Notes: a model not told the origin generated them from the letters alone. Shown: positions 10,381 to 19,727, numbered from the stretch's first letter. The stretch is DNA of 64,000 nt from an uncultured Ectothiorhodospiraceae bacterium (GCA_947258615.1 CAMYIX010000043.1:72973-136972), one strand, 5' to 3'. Numbers and translations are program-made.

Positions 10381-12462
10381 GTGATCACGGACCGATCCGC
10401 GCGCACCGCTGGCCTGCTGACTGTCATCCTGCTGGCAGGTGCTGTGCTGACCGCGGATGCCCTGGAAAGTGTCAACCTCAAACTGGGCCGTGTCACCGGT
10501 CCCGGTTGGTCAGTGGACGAACTGGAGTCCCGACTTGTCTGGCGTGATGCGCAGCGGGCCGCGCTGCTGTTGACAGCGACGCGGGCCCGTCTGCCCGAAC
10601 CCTTCGGCAGCATTGCGGGCCTGCAACTCGACTGCCCGGATGCGCTGATTGCCGCAGACGAGGTCGCCTGCAGTCGTGCCCGGCTGGTATTCAGCTCGGA
10701 CCGGATCGGGCCGCAGCAGGTCCGGACCGGGTTCAGCTACCGCTTCAGTGACCGGCGCCTGCAGCTGGACCTGGCCAATATCCGCCTTGACGGCGGTCGC
10801 CTGTCGGTTCACGCCACCCAGGCCGCCCATGGCTGGGACCTGACCCTGCAGGCAGACGGGCTGCAACTGGACGCAGTTGCCGCGCGCCTCGCCGCCGCCG
10901 GTATCCTGCCGGTCCGGATTGACGGGACCGGCACACTGTCGATCACCGCGGAGCTGCAGGGAAAAGCGGCGCGTCCTGAGACAGGCCGGCTGTCCGCCCG
11001 GCTGGAATCGAGCGCATTCTCGGACGCGGAAGGCCGCCTGGCGGGTGAGAACCTCGAGCTCCAGCTTGATGCGGACGTGGCGGCAGCCGGGACCCGCTGG
11101 CGTGTCAGTGGCGAACTGAGTGCGCAACAGGGGCAGCTCTATATCGACCCCGTGTTTGTCGACATGGCCAAGACGCCGGTCCATGCCACGACCCGGTTCG
11201 ACTGGCACCCCGATCAGCGCCGGATCAGCCTGCATGCCTTCGACTATGATCAGCCGGGAACGGTCAGTCTGCATGCCGACGGCCGCCTCGATATCGATGC
11301 CAGCTCGATGATTGAAACGCTCTCTGTCGACGTGCGGGAAGGGGTGTTTCCGGGCCTGTACGACACCTATTTTCAACCCTGGCTCATTAACACGGTGCTG
11401 GCGGACCTGGACACCGAGGGCAAGCTCAGCGCGCAGCTGTACTGGCAGGACCGTGGCCTGGCCAGCGTCAGGCTGCGTCCAGAGGGCCTGACGATCCACG
11501 ACCGGGAGGCACGTTTCGGCTTTGGCGGCCTGGAGGCACAGATCGACTGGGCCGCCCAGGGGCCGCTGCGAGAGTCGCAACTGGCCTGGGAACAGGGTCA
11601 TGTCTACCGCGTCCCCCTGGGGCCATCGCAGCTGCAGGTGGAATCGGCAGGGTCCAGTGTCCGCCTGCGGGAGCCGGCCCGAATCGCCGTACTGGACGGT
11701 GAGTTGCAGGTGGATGAGTTTGAACTGGAGTATGCACCGGGGACTGCCTCGCGCTGGCATGTGGATGGCCTCCTAACCCCGGTGTCCATGAGCGACCTGA
11801 CCCGGGCACTGGGCTGGCCTGAATTCGGCGGCAGGCTGTCTGGCATGATCCCGGACGTGAACTACCGGGATGGCGACCTGTCCGTGGGCGGCATGCTGCT
11901 GGTGCGGGTATTCGATGGCGACATCACCCTGAGCAAGCTGCGGCTGGCCCAGCCCCTGTCCGTTGTGCCGCGGCTGTGGGTCGATGCGCGGGCCACCAAT
12001 ATTGACCTGGAGACCCTGACCCGGACATTCTCGTTTGGCCGTATCGAAGGCCGTCTCGATGGCCGGGTGGATGAGCTGTACATGGAGTCCTGGCGCCCGG
12101 TTTCCTTCGATGCCGCATTTGCCACCCCGCCGGATGACAAGTCGCGCCACCGCATCAGCCAGAAGGCGGTGGACAACATTTCCAGCATCGGCGGCGGTGG
12201 GCTCAGTGGCGCCCTGTCACGCAGCTTCATGCGTTTCTTCAAGGATTTTCCCTATGACCGCCTGGGGCTCAGTTGCCGCCTGGAAAACGGGACCTGTGAA
12301 ATGGGAGGGGTGGCGCCGGCGGCAAACGGTTATTATATCGTCAAGAGCCGGTTGTTACCGCCGCGTCTCGATGTCATTGGCTATGCCGACCGGGTCGACT
12401 GGGACAGCCTGGTGTCGCAGCTGGTCGCGGTTACCCGGCGCCAGGGTGCCGTGGTCAAGTGA
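10381..12462 (+). CDS. ydbH: YdbH-like AsmA-family large periplasm-spanning protein
   Basis: 693 aa with an N-terminal TM anchor then a long beta-rich repetitive region. Followed immediately by a YnbE/YdbL-like gene, as in the E. coli ydbH-ynbE-ydbL operon. GTG start. Confidence 0.6.
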   Translation: MITDRSARTAGLLTVILLAGAVLTADALESVNLKLGRVTGPGWSVDELESRLVWRDAQRAALLLTATRARLPEPFGSIAGLQLDCPDALIAADEVACSRARLVFSSDRIGPQQVRTGFSYRFSDRRLQLDLANIRLDGGRLSVHATQAAHGWDLTLQADGLQLDAVAARLAAAGILPVRIDGTGTLSITAELQGKAARPETGRLSARLESSAFSDAEGRLAGENLELQLDADVAAAGTRWRVSGELSAQQGQLYIDPVFVDMAKTPVHATTRFDWHPDQRRISLHAFDYDQPGTVSLHADGRLDIDASSMIETLSVDVREGVFPGLYDTYFQPWLINTVLADLDTEGKLSAQLYWQDRGLASVRLRPEGLTIHDREARFGFGGLEAQIDWAAQGPLRESQLAWEQGHVYRVPLGPSQLQVESAGSSVRLREPARIAVLDGELQVDEFELEYAPGTASRWHVDGLLTPVSMSDLTRALGWPEFGGRLSGMIPDVNYRDGDLSVGGMLLVRVFDGDITLSKLRLAQPLSVVPRLWVDARATNIDLETLTRTFSFGRIEGRLDGRVDELYMESWRPVSFDAAFATPPDDKSRHRISQKAVDNISSIGGGGLSGALSRSFMRFFKDFPYDRLGLSCRLENGTCEMGGVAPAANGYYIVKSRLLPPRLDVIGYADRVDWDSLVSQLVAVTRRQGAVVK

Positions 12463-12555
12463 TCCATGCCGGCAGGCAATGTTAACCTGGCGCCATTGGC
12501 AGCGTTAACCAGATTATTGAGACAATTATTTCTCGTAGAGCAAAGAGGACAGCTG

Positions 12556-13161
12556 ATGAAAACACTACGCATTCCCATGGCCATGCTGTTGATGCTGTTT
12601 GCCGCGGCCTGTGTCACGATCAATGTTTATTTTCCCGCCGAGGCCGCCGAGAAGGCTGCCGACCGCATCATCAAGGACGTCTACGGTGAACAGCCGGCAG
12701 CGCCCCGGGAGCCGGCGGCCGAACCGCAGTCGCGTTTTCAACCGCAGGTATTGCCGGCCCGTTATCGCTATGGCCTGCTTGACTGGCTGGTATCGCCGGC
12801 ACACGCCGAGGCCGATCTCTCGGTCAATACGCCGGCCATCAGCCAGCTCAAGGCGGACATGGAACAGCGCCACCGGCAGCTGGCCCCGCACTACACCTCC
12901 GGTGCTGTCGGGATGACCCATGACGGCGAGATCGCCATACGCGACCAGACCCTGCTTGCGTTGAAGGACAGGAATACGGTGAAGACTCTGGTGGCGAAAG
13001 AGAACCGCGACCGCGGTGCCCTGTATGCGGAGATCGCACGTGCCAACGGACACCCCGAATGGGAGGGTGAGATACGCCAGACCTTTGCCCGGCGCTGGGT
13101 GGACAATGCCCCCGGTGGCTGGTGGTACAGCAGCGCCAGCGGCAGCTGGAAACAGAAATAG
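12556..13161 (+). CDS. fused YnbE-like lipoprotein / YdbL (DUF1318) protein
   Basis: N-terminus MKTLRIPMAMLLMLFAAACVTINVYFPAEAAEKAADRIIKDV resembles the YnbE lipobox and beta-strand. C-terminus (ENRDRGALYAEIARANGHPEWEGEIRQTFARRWVDNAPGGWWY) matches the YdbL/DUF1318 signature. Confidence 0.6.
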   Translation: MKTLRIPMAMLLMLFAAACVTINVYFPAEAAEKAADRIIKDVYGEQPAAPREPAAEPQSRFQPQVLPARYRYGLLDWLVSPAHAEADLSVNTPAISQLKADMEQRHRQLAPHYTSGAVGMTHDGEIAIRDQTLLALKDRNTVKTLVAKENRDRGALYAEIARANGHPEWEGEIRQTFARRWVDNAPGGWWYSSASGSWKQK

Positions 13162-13214
13162 ACGTTCACAAAACCAACTTCCCAATATCACCGCAGAAAA
13201 TTGATTTAAAATAA

Positions 13215-13341
13215 TCTCACCGCAGAGGCGCAGAGGACGCAAAGTAAAGATTTCATCCAGGAAATAAGCTATTCGTCTATAGCTACATGATAAAAAATGT
13301 ATTGTTATGGGCTAATTGTTTTCTCTGCGTGCTCTGTGCCT
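13215..13341. repeat. imperfect palindromic intergenic repeat, copy A (GC-rich ~30-bp arms, AT-rich ~70-bp loop)
   Basis: Left arm CTCACCGCAGAGGCGCAGAGGACGCAAAG (13215-13243) is the near reverse complement of right arm TTCTCTGCGTGCTCTGTGCCTCTGCGGTGAG (13311-13341). An extra half-site ATCACCGCAGAAAA lies at 13186-13199. Confidence 0.8.
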
Positions 13342-13372
13342 CTGCGGTGAGTAATTATATAAATCAGCCCTT

Positions 13373-14149
13373 ATGAATATTTTTGTGTTTGATATCGAGA
13401 CGGTGCCCGATGTGGAGGGCGGCCGGCGCCTCTACCAGCTGGATGAGCTGGATGACAAGAATGTCGCCCGGGTGATGTTCCACAAACGCTCCCAGGAGTC
13501 CGGCGGTTCGGAGTTTCTGCGCCACCACCTGCACCGGATCGTTGCTATCTCGGTGGTGCTGCGCACGGCCGAACGCTTCAAGGTCTGGTCGCTGGGCGAG
13601 CCGGATGCCGATGAGGCGGAGCTGATCCAGCGGTTTTTTGACGGGGTTGAGCGCTTCTCGCCCAAGCTGGTCTCATGGAACGGGTCCGGTTTCGATCTCC
13701 CGGTCATCCACTATCGCAGCCTGCTGCACGGCATCAGCGCACCGCGCTACTGGGATACCGGCAAGGACGATCGTGATTTCAAGTGGAACAACTACCTGAG
13801 CCGCTTTCATGAGCGTCATACCGACCTGATGGACGTCCTCTCCGGCTACCAGCCCAGGGCGGCCGCACGACTGGACGAGATCGCAACCCTGCTGGGTTTC
13901 CCCGGCAAGATGGGGATGAGCGGTGACAAGGTCTGGGACAGTTACCAGGCCGGGGATATCGAGGGCATCCGCGACTACTGCGAGACCGACGTGCTCAACA
14001 CCTACCTGGTCTACCTGCGCTTCGAGTTGATACGCGGCCACCTGGGGCCGGATCAATACGAACAGGCCTGCCAGCAGATCCGCGACGGGTTGCAGCAAAC
14101 CGACAAGCCGCACCTGACGGAGTTCCTGCAGGCATGGCAGGCGGGCTAG
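13373..14149 (+). CDS. predicted 3'-5' exonuclease of the PolB-like / RNase H-fold family (COG3298-like)
   Basis: Starts MNIFVFDIETVPD (DEDD-type Exo I motif) with later acidic motifs (YCETDV). 258 aa, consistent with stand-alone PolB-exonuclease-like proteins. Confidence 0.6.
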   Translation: MNIFVFDIETVPDVEGGRRLYQLDELDDKNVARVMFHKRSQESGGSEFLRHHLHRIVAISVVLRTAERFKVWSLGEPDADEAELIQRFFDGVERFSPKLVSWNGSGFDLPVIHYRSLLHGISAPRYWDTGKDDRDFKWNNYLSRFHERHTDLMDVLSGYQPRAAARLDEIATLLGFPGKMGMSGDKVWDSYQAGDIEGIRDYCETDVLNTYLVYLRFELIRGHLGPDQYEQACQQIRDGLQQTDKPHLTEFLQAWQAG

Positions 14150-14172
14150 ATTCGTTCGTGCGGAATGAATAA

Positions 14173-14310
14173 CTCACCGCGGAGACGCGGAGAGCGCAGA
14201 GTGACTAAATAATAAAAAGCTGTGAAAATAACTACTCACTGAATCATAGAGACAAAGTTTTTATCTATTATTTGATTACTTTCTCGGCGTTCTCCGCGCC
14301 TCTGCGGTGA
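14173..14310. repeat. imperfect palindromic intergenic repeat, copy B
   Basis: Left arm CTCACCGCGGAGACGCGGAGAGCGCAGAG (14173-14201) pairs with right arm TTCTCGGCGTTCTCCGCGCCTCTGCGGTGA (14281-14310). The AT-rich 79-bp loop is unrelated to the copy A loop. Confidence 0.8.
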
Positions 14311-14342
14311 ATGTTCTATAACCAGAAAATGGCTCCACTCGA

Positions 14343-15671
14343 ATGAGCAAGCGTACCCGCAGACAACGCCTGCCTGCTCCCTGTGAGCGAATCACGATCG
14401 AGTCGTTGGGCCATGACGGTCGCGGTGTGGCGCACCGGGACGGCAAGGCGGTTTTCATCGACGCTGCCTTGCCGGGTGAGGAAGTCGCCTTCGAGTACCT
14501 GGCGACCCACCGCAAGTATGACGAAGGCCGCGTCACCGGTGTGCTTCGGCCATCGCGCGATCGGGTCGAGCCGAAGTGCCCGCATTTCGGTGTGTGCGGT
14601 GGTTGCAGCCTGCAGCATATGGCGGCGGCTGCGCAGATCGGCTCGAAGCAGCAGGTGCTGCTGGATAACCTGCAGCATATCGGCAAGGTGGAACCGGCGA
14701 TGCTGCTGGACCCGCTGACGGGTCCGGTGTGGGGCTATCGCACCAAGGCGCGCCTCGGTGTCAGGCATGTCATCAAGAAGGGCAGGGTGCTGGTCGGTTT
14801 CCGGGAAAAGCGCAGTGCCTTGCTCGCGGACCTCAAGGGTTGCGAGGTGATGCACCCGTCGGTGGGCCGGCGTATCGATGAACTCGCACAGTTGATCGAT
14901 GGGCTTGATGCCAGGGGGCGCATTCCCCAGATCGAGGTGGCGGTGGCGGAAGCGGTCACGGCCCTGGTATTCCGTAACCTCGATCCACTCGGGGCGGCGG
15001 ACCTGGAGAGCCTGAGGCAGTTTGGCGTCCGCATGGGTATCCACGTCTACCTGCAGCCGTCCGGGCCGGACAGCGTGCAGCTGTTGTGGCCGGATGAATC
15101 GACCCTGGTCTATCGCCTGCCGGGACAGGCCATCGAGATCGAGTTCAGACCGACCGACTTCACCCAGATCAACCCGGCCATCAACGTACAGATTGCCTCA
15201 CGGGTTCTGGAACTCCTGGACCTTGCTGATACGCACCGTGTACTGGAACTGTTTTGCGGACTGGGCAATTTCACCCTGCCGGTGGCACGCCATGCCGGTG
15301 AGGTGACGGGTGTCGAGGGGGATGCCGGCCTGGTCAGCCGGGCACGCGAGAATGCGCTGCGCAATGGCCTGCACAATGTCAGCTTTCATGCGGCCGACCT
15401 GGCCGAGCGCGTGACCGAGGCACCCTGGGCAGGGGTGGCCTACGATCGGGTGCTACTCGACCCGCCGCGCAGTGGTGCGGCGGCCGTCATGGACCTGCTG
15501 GGCAATATCAGGCCCGAACGCATGGTCTATATTTCCTGCCACCCGGGTTCACTGGCCCGCGATGCCGACCGGCTGGTCAACGAGTTCGGCTATCGGCTAC
15601 AGGCAACTGGCGTGATGGACATGTTCCCGCATACCGCCCACGTGGAGTCGATCGCCCTGTTTGAACGCTGA
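14343..15671 (+). CDS. rlmD: 23S rRNA (uracil1939-C5)-methyltransferase RlmD (RumA)
   Basis: N-terminal TRAM domain, Fe-S cluster cysteines CPHFGVCGGCSLQH, and a C-terminal SAM methyltransferase domain with the catalytic Cys; 442 aa. Confidence 0.85.
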   Translation: MSKRTRRQRLPAPCERITIESLGHDGRGVAHRDGKAVFIDAALPGEEVAFEYLATHRKYDEGRVTGVLRPSRDRVEPKCPHFGVCGGCSLQHMAAAAQIGSKQQVLLDNLQHIGKVEPAMLLDPLTGPVWGYRTKARLGVRHVIKKGRVLVGFREKRSALLADLKGCEVMHPSVGRRIDELAQLIDGLDARGRIPQIEVAVAEAVTALVFRNLDPLGAADLESLRQFGVRMGIHVYLQPSGPDSVQLLWPDESTLVYRLPGQAIEIEFRPTDFTQINPAINVQIASRVLELLDLADTHRVLELFCGLGNFTLPVARHAGEVTGVEGDAGLVSRARENALRNGLHNVSFHAADLAERVTEAPWAGVAYDRVLLDPPRSGAAAVMDLLGNIRPERMVYISCHPGSLARDADRLVNEFGYRLQATGVMDMFPHTAHVESIALFER

Positions 15672-15711
15672 CGGCGATTATTCACCATGGAGACGCGGGG
15701 AATCAAAAGAT

Positions 15712-15935
15712 ATCACCGCAAAGGCGCAAAGGGCGCAAAAAAGTTAAATAACATAAAATCACTCACCGCAGAGACGCGGAGAACGCAGAGCACATATTAT
15801 TGAAAAAACACAGCTACCAGTAATTACAAATATGGGTCACTCACCGGGTTTGGGTTTAACACTATTTTCTCCGCGTCCTCTGCGTCTCCGCGGTTAATAA
15901 TTATCTTTCTTTGCGCCCTTTGCGCCTTTGCGGTG
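15712..15935. repeat. nested pair of palindromic intergenic repeats, copy C (inner copy 15762-15895 inside outer copy 15712-15935)
   Basis: Outer arms ATCACCGCAAAGGCGCAAAGGGCGCAAA / TTTGCGCCCTTTGCGCCTTTGCGGTGA. Inner arms ACTCACCGCAGAGACGCGGAGAACGCAGAG / TTTTCTCCGCGTCCTCTGCGTCTCCGCGGTT. Extra degenerate half-sites at 15681-15701 and 15837-15848. Confidence 0.8.
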
Positions 15936-15953
15936 AAGGTTGTTGTTCAAGCC

Positions 15954-16561
15954 CTACTGCTTGTACCAGCGGGAGGTGAGGGCGCGGTAGACCCGGTTGG
16001 GGTACCAGCTTTTGCCGACGCTGCCGTTGTAGCGCGCCAGCGCCCTGAACAGATTGCCCTTTTCCCTCTTTCGGTAGTAGCTCAGGATGGTGCAGCCAAG
16101 GCGGATGTTGGTGCCGATGTGAAACAGGTTGTCTTCCGGATGGCCGATCTCATCCAGCCAGAACGGCATGATCTGCATCAGGCCCTGGGCCCCGGCGGTG
16201 GATATCGCAAAGCGATCGTAGTTGCTCTCTACCTCGATCAGCGCCAGGACCAGTTCCGGTTCGAGCCCGGCGCGGCGTGCCTCGTAGTGCACGGTTTTAA
16301 GAATCTTCAGGCGTTCTTCCGGGTCTTCGACGCGTTTCTGCAAACGGCTCGACATATCCGTCAGCCAGACCTCGGCATCAAAGCGGTCACTGAAGCTATC
16401 GCTCGACTCGATGGCCTCGACCAGGATCTGCCTCAAGGTGTCATCCGGGCGCTCCCGGGTGGCCGCCGCGGCATCGAATGCGCTGGCAAAGGACAATATC
16501 CCCAGCCAGGCAGATAGCACGATTCCGATCGAGAAGGGTGGAATGGGCGCCATATTGTCCA
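15954..16561 (-). CDS. lytic murein transglycosylase domain protein (Slt/MltE-like)
   Basis: Contains ALIEVESNYDRFAISTAGAQGLMQIMP, the catalytic Glu-Ser and AQGLMQ signature of family-1 lytic transglycosylases. Signal-peptide-like N-terminus. Start set at MDNMAPIPP to avoid overlapping proS. Confidence 0.65.
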
Positions 16562-16569
16562 TTATCGGC

Positions 16570-18282
16570 CTAGGCCGGCAACAGTTTATTCCTGAGAAAT
16601 TCTGCAACCCCGGTGTGTTTGATGTCCTCGCTGGCGTCGGCCCGGCGCGACTTGTATTCCACCAGGCCGCGGTCGAGGTTCTTCTCGCCGATCACCACGC
16701 GGTGCGGGATGCCAATCAGTTCCATGTCGGCGAACATGACCCCGGGGCGCACCTCGCGGTCATCCAGCAGGACCTCCAGTCCGGCCTCGCGCAGTTCTGC
16801 GTAGAGCGCATCGGCGGCCTCCCGGACGCGTTGCGACTTCTTCATATTCATCGGCAGCAGGGCCACCTGGAACGGGGCGATCGGGTCGGGCCAGATCATG
16901 CCCCGGGCGTCGTGATTTTGTTCAATCGCTGCCGCCACAATCCGCGACACGCCGATGCCGTAGCAGCCCATGATCATGTCGACCTCGCGGCCCTGTTGGT
17001 CCAGTACCGCGGCCTTCAAGGCCCGGCTGTACTTGTCGCCCAGCTGGAAGATGTGGCCGACCTCGATACCGCGTGCAATGGCAAGCCGGCCCTCGCCATC
17101 CGGGCTCGGGTCGCCATCGACGACATTGCGCAGGTCGGCGGTCTGCGGTTCCGGCAGGTCGCGCCCCCAGTTCACCCCGGTCAGGTGCTCGCCATCCCGG
17201 TTGGCGCCACAGACAAAATCAACGCAGTGTGCGGCCGCCAGGTCCACGATCACCGGTATTTCCAGTCCCACGGGTCCGAGCGATCCGGCCGAACACCCGG
17301 CCGCGCTGCGGATCTGATCGTCACTGGCGAATTCCAGCGGCAGGGCAACGGCGCCGTGTTTCTCTGCCTTGATGGTGTTCAACTCGTGATCACCACGCAG
17401 TACCAGGGCGACGATATCGGACTCCGTGCCCCGTACCAGCAGGGTCTTGAGACACCGGTCCGCCGGCATATCCAGAAATGCGCTGACCTCCTCTATGCTG
17501 TGCTGGCCGGGCGTGGCCAGCGTTTGCATCGCACTGTCCGGTTCCGGCCTTGCGCCAGCAGGTGCCACGGCCTCCGCGAGCTCGATGTTGGCGGCGTAGT
17601 CACTGGCATCCGAAAACGCGATGGCATCTTCTCCGGAATCGGCGAGCACGTGGAACTCGTGCGAGAGGTTGCCGCCGATCGCGCCGCTGTCGGCCTGTAC
17701 CGGGCGAAAGTCCATGCCCAGCCGGGTGAATATGCGGGTATAGGTCCGGTACATGACCTGGTAGGTCTGTTCCAGAGAGTCCTGGTCGGTATGGAAGGAG
17801 TAGGCGTCTTTCATGAGGAACTCGCGGGCGCGCATGACGCCGAAGCGCGGCCGGATTTCATCGCGGAACTTGGTCTGGATCTGGTAGTAGTTGACCGGCA
17901 ACTGCTTGTAGCTGCGGATCTCGCGCCGTGCGATGTCGGTGATGACCTCCTCGTGGGTCGGGCCGAAGCAGAACTCACGCTGGTGGCGGTCATGGAGGCG
18001 CAGCAGTTCCGGTCCGTACTGGTCCCAGCGCCCGGATTCCTGCCACAGTTCGGCCGGCTGGACTGCCGGCATCAGCAATTCCAGCGCCCCCGCCTGGTTC
18101 ATTTCCTCGCGGATAATGGCCTCGACCTTCCGCAGGACCCTGAGCCCCAGCGGCAGCCAGCTATAGACGCCGGCCGCCTGCTTGCGAATCATGCCGGCGC
18201 GCAGCATCAGTTGATGGCTGACAATCTCGGCATCGGCCGGTGTCTCCTTCAGGGTGGACAGGGGGAACTGGGACAGGCGCAT
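16570..18282 (-). CDS. proS: proline--tRNA ligase
   Basis: [35 protein letters not shown]-terminus; class II aaRS motifs and an editing domain insertion; 570 aa. Confidence 0.92.
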   Translation of the reverse strand: MRLSQFPLSTLKETPADAEIVSHQLMLRAGMIRKQAAGVYSWLPLGLRVLRKVEAIIREEMNQAGALELLMPAVQPAELWQESGRWDQYGPELLRLHDRHQREFCFGPTHEEVITDIARREIRSYKQLPVNYYQIQTKFRDEIRPRFGVMRAREFLMKDAYSFHTDQDSLEQTYQVMYRTYTRIFTRLGMDFRPVQADSGAIGGNLSHEFHVLADSGEDAIAFSDASDYAANIELAEAVAPAGARPEPDSAMQTLATPGQHSIEEVSAFLDMPADRCLKTLLVRGTESDIVALVLRGDHELNTIKAEKHGAVALPLEFASDDQIRSAAGCSAGSLGPVGLEIPVIVDLAAAHCVDFVCGANRDGEHLTGVNWGRDLPEPQTADLRNVVDGDPSPDGEGRLAIARGIEVGHIFQLGDKYSRALKAAVLDQQGREVDMIMGCYGIGVSRIVAAAIEQNHDARGMIWPDPIAPFQVALLPMNMKKSQRVREAADALYAELREAGLEVLLDDREVRPGVMFADMELIGIPHRVVIGEKNLDRGLVEYKSRRADASEDIKHTGVAEFLRNKLLPA

Positions 18283-18356
18283 GATGTGTTTGACTCTAAA
18301 TGTTGATCAGGCGGGAGATTGTAGCGGCCAAGCGGTGGCAAGGTACAGATGATGAA

Positions 18357-18632
18357 CTATTTGGACTGCAGTTGCGGGGGTTGTGGCAGAACATTTGCGT
18401 CCTGGTGAAAATCCAGCGTCTCGTAGTCGATGTCCACTGGTGGTGGCTGGTCGGTGATCTGCCAGGTGCCTTCGGCATCGCGCCACTTGTAGAGGCGTGT
18501 GGTCTTCCCGGCGGGTGAGAGGGTGGAACCGGCATCAGAGGCCAGTTCCATCAGGCGGGTCTTGTATTCGGGATTCAGGTAAAGGAACAGGCCGGCCAGC
18601 AACAGCACGATGAGTAGCAGGAACACGCGCAT
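18357..18632 (-). CDS. DUF4124 domain secreted protein
   Basis: 91 aa with a signal peptide and YKWRDAEGTWQITDQPPP, matching the DUF4124 consensus (YKWvDe.G..h.td.PP). Confidence 0.5.
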   Translation of the reverse strand: MRVFLLLIVLLLAGLFLYLNPEYKTRLMELASDAGSTLSPAGKTTRLYKWRDAEGTWQITDQPPPVDIDYETLDFHQDANVLPQPPQLQSK

Positions 18633-18662
18633 TTTCGGAACCCGGAGTACGCTGGCCGCGCT

Positions 18663-19007
18663 TCAGAAGGTTGCGCCATTCCAGCCCCACATCCTGCGCG
18701 GGGCATCGGCAAATTCGATATAGATGCGTTCGGGGCTGATTCCGGTCTCTGCGGCCACCAGGTCGCACAGGGCATGGGAGACATCGGCGGTGATGGATTC
18801 GGGCAGACCGATACTCTTGAGTTCGAGGTAGGCCAGCGGCGCATCGTTGCCTGCGAACTGCATGGCGGTATTGGTCTCGACCGATGTCATCACATAGCGT
18901 TCGGGCTTGCCGAGTTGCTCGGCTACCAGGGCCGAGGACCTGGCCGCCAGTGACTTCGAGTCGGCCTCCGACAGTGCCTGGTTGGTCTGGATCTTGAGAA
19001 ACGGCAT
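18663..19007 (-). CDS. MIF/tautomerase-superfamily protein (Pro-1 N-terminus)
   Basis: Starts MPFLKIQTNQALSEADSKSL; MIF/PptA-like tautomerases begin Met-Pro-Phe with a catalytic Pro1. About 115 aa. The upstream in-frame extension is rejected. Confidence 0.6.
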   Translation of the reverse strand: MPFLKIQTNQALSEADSKSLAARSSALVAEQLGKPERYVMTSVETNTAMQFAGNDAPLAYLELKSIGLPESITADVSHALCDLVAAETGISPERIYIEFADAPRRMWGWNGATF

Positions 19008-19011
19008 GGCG

Positions 19012-19494
19012 TTACTGCCCCGGCTTGCCGGCGGGGGGTGAGCAATTTTCCTTGATCTGCCGGTTGGCCTCATCGATGCGTTGCTGGCGATCCTCCTCGG
19101 TGAGGCGCACCACCTCGCCATCCGGGGTCCGGTAGGCCCGGTTGCCCCCCTGCTGGAGCTTGGCCAGGTTTGCCTTTGCGGTTGCGCAGTTTTCACGGCG
19201 AATCTTCTGAATCTCGGCCCACTGCTGCGCATCGGCGGCACCCTGGCGCTTTTCCGTCTGGCGTTTTTCCATGGCATCGGTCTGTTCTTTTAGCTGGCTG
19301 CTGATCGCGTCGGGATCGTCGGCCGGACCCGGGGCCGGTTTCAGTTCCTGTGTCTCGCGGTTGGGCGGCGGTGTCTGGGTGTAGTGAACGGCGCCGCTGT
19401 CATCCACCCATTTGTAGATGCCGTGCTTGCCGGCAGCGGAAGACACGGAGGTCAATACAACAAGAACGGCTGTCAGGGCGAGGCCTCGGAACAT
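19012..19494 (-). CDS. DUF4124 domain secreted protein with coiled-coil C-terminus
   Basis: Signal peptide MFRGLALTAVLVVLTSVSSAA followed by GIYKWVDDSGAVHYTQTPPP (DUF4124 signature) and a charged coiled-coil tail. Confidence 0.55.
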   Translation of the reverse strand: MFRGLALTAVLVVLTSVSSAAGKHGIYKWVDDSGAVHYTQTPPPNRETQELKPAPGPADDPDAISSQLKEQTDAMEKRQTEKRQGAADAQQWAEIQKIRRENCATAKANLAKLQQGGNRAYRTPDGEVVRLTEEDRQQRIDEANRQIKENCSPPAGKPGQ

Positions 19495-19705
19495 GATTTT
19501 TTCCTCTTCGCAGAATCGGTTGCCATATCTATAACTGAAATCTATGCCGATATTATGGCTGTTTGGTGACGAGGACAAGCGACCCGGTTCACAGTCCGGG
19601 TCCGGGGGGCGGTCGAGGGAGCGGCACTGCCCGGGATACGCCCGTGCTTGACCTTTACTTGTAATATCAGTACTTTCTACTATTGTTTGAATGCCCGATT
19701 CGCAC

Positions 19706-19727
19706 GCCCGTTCCAACGGGCTTTTTT
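19706..19727 (+). terminator. terminator-like hairpin with T-run (GCCCG-TTCCAA-CGGGC-TTTTTT) in the ilvI leader region
   Basis: Stem-loop plus 6 T's on the + strand, 40 nt upstream of the ilvI ATG. It cannot terminate the upstream minus-strand gene. Candidate attenuator. Confidence 0.3.

Noticed and set aside
13186-15935. Possibility that the palindromic repeats are integron attC sites delimiting gene cassettes.
   Set aside because: The arms lack the attC core RYYYAAC/GTTRRRY. There is no intI integrase or attI site in the window. One of the cassettes would be the housekeeping rlmD gene in its conserved chromosomal context.
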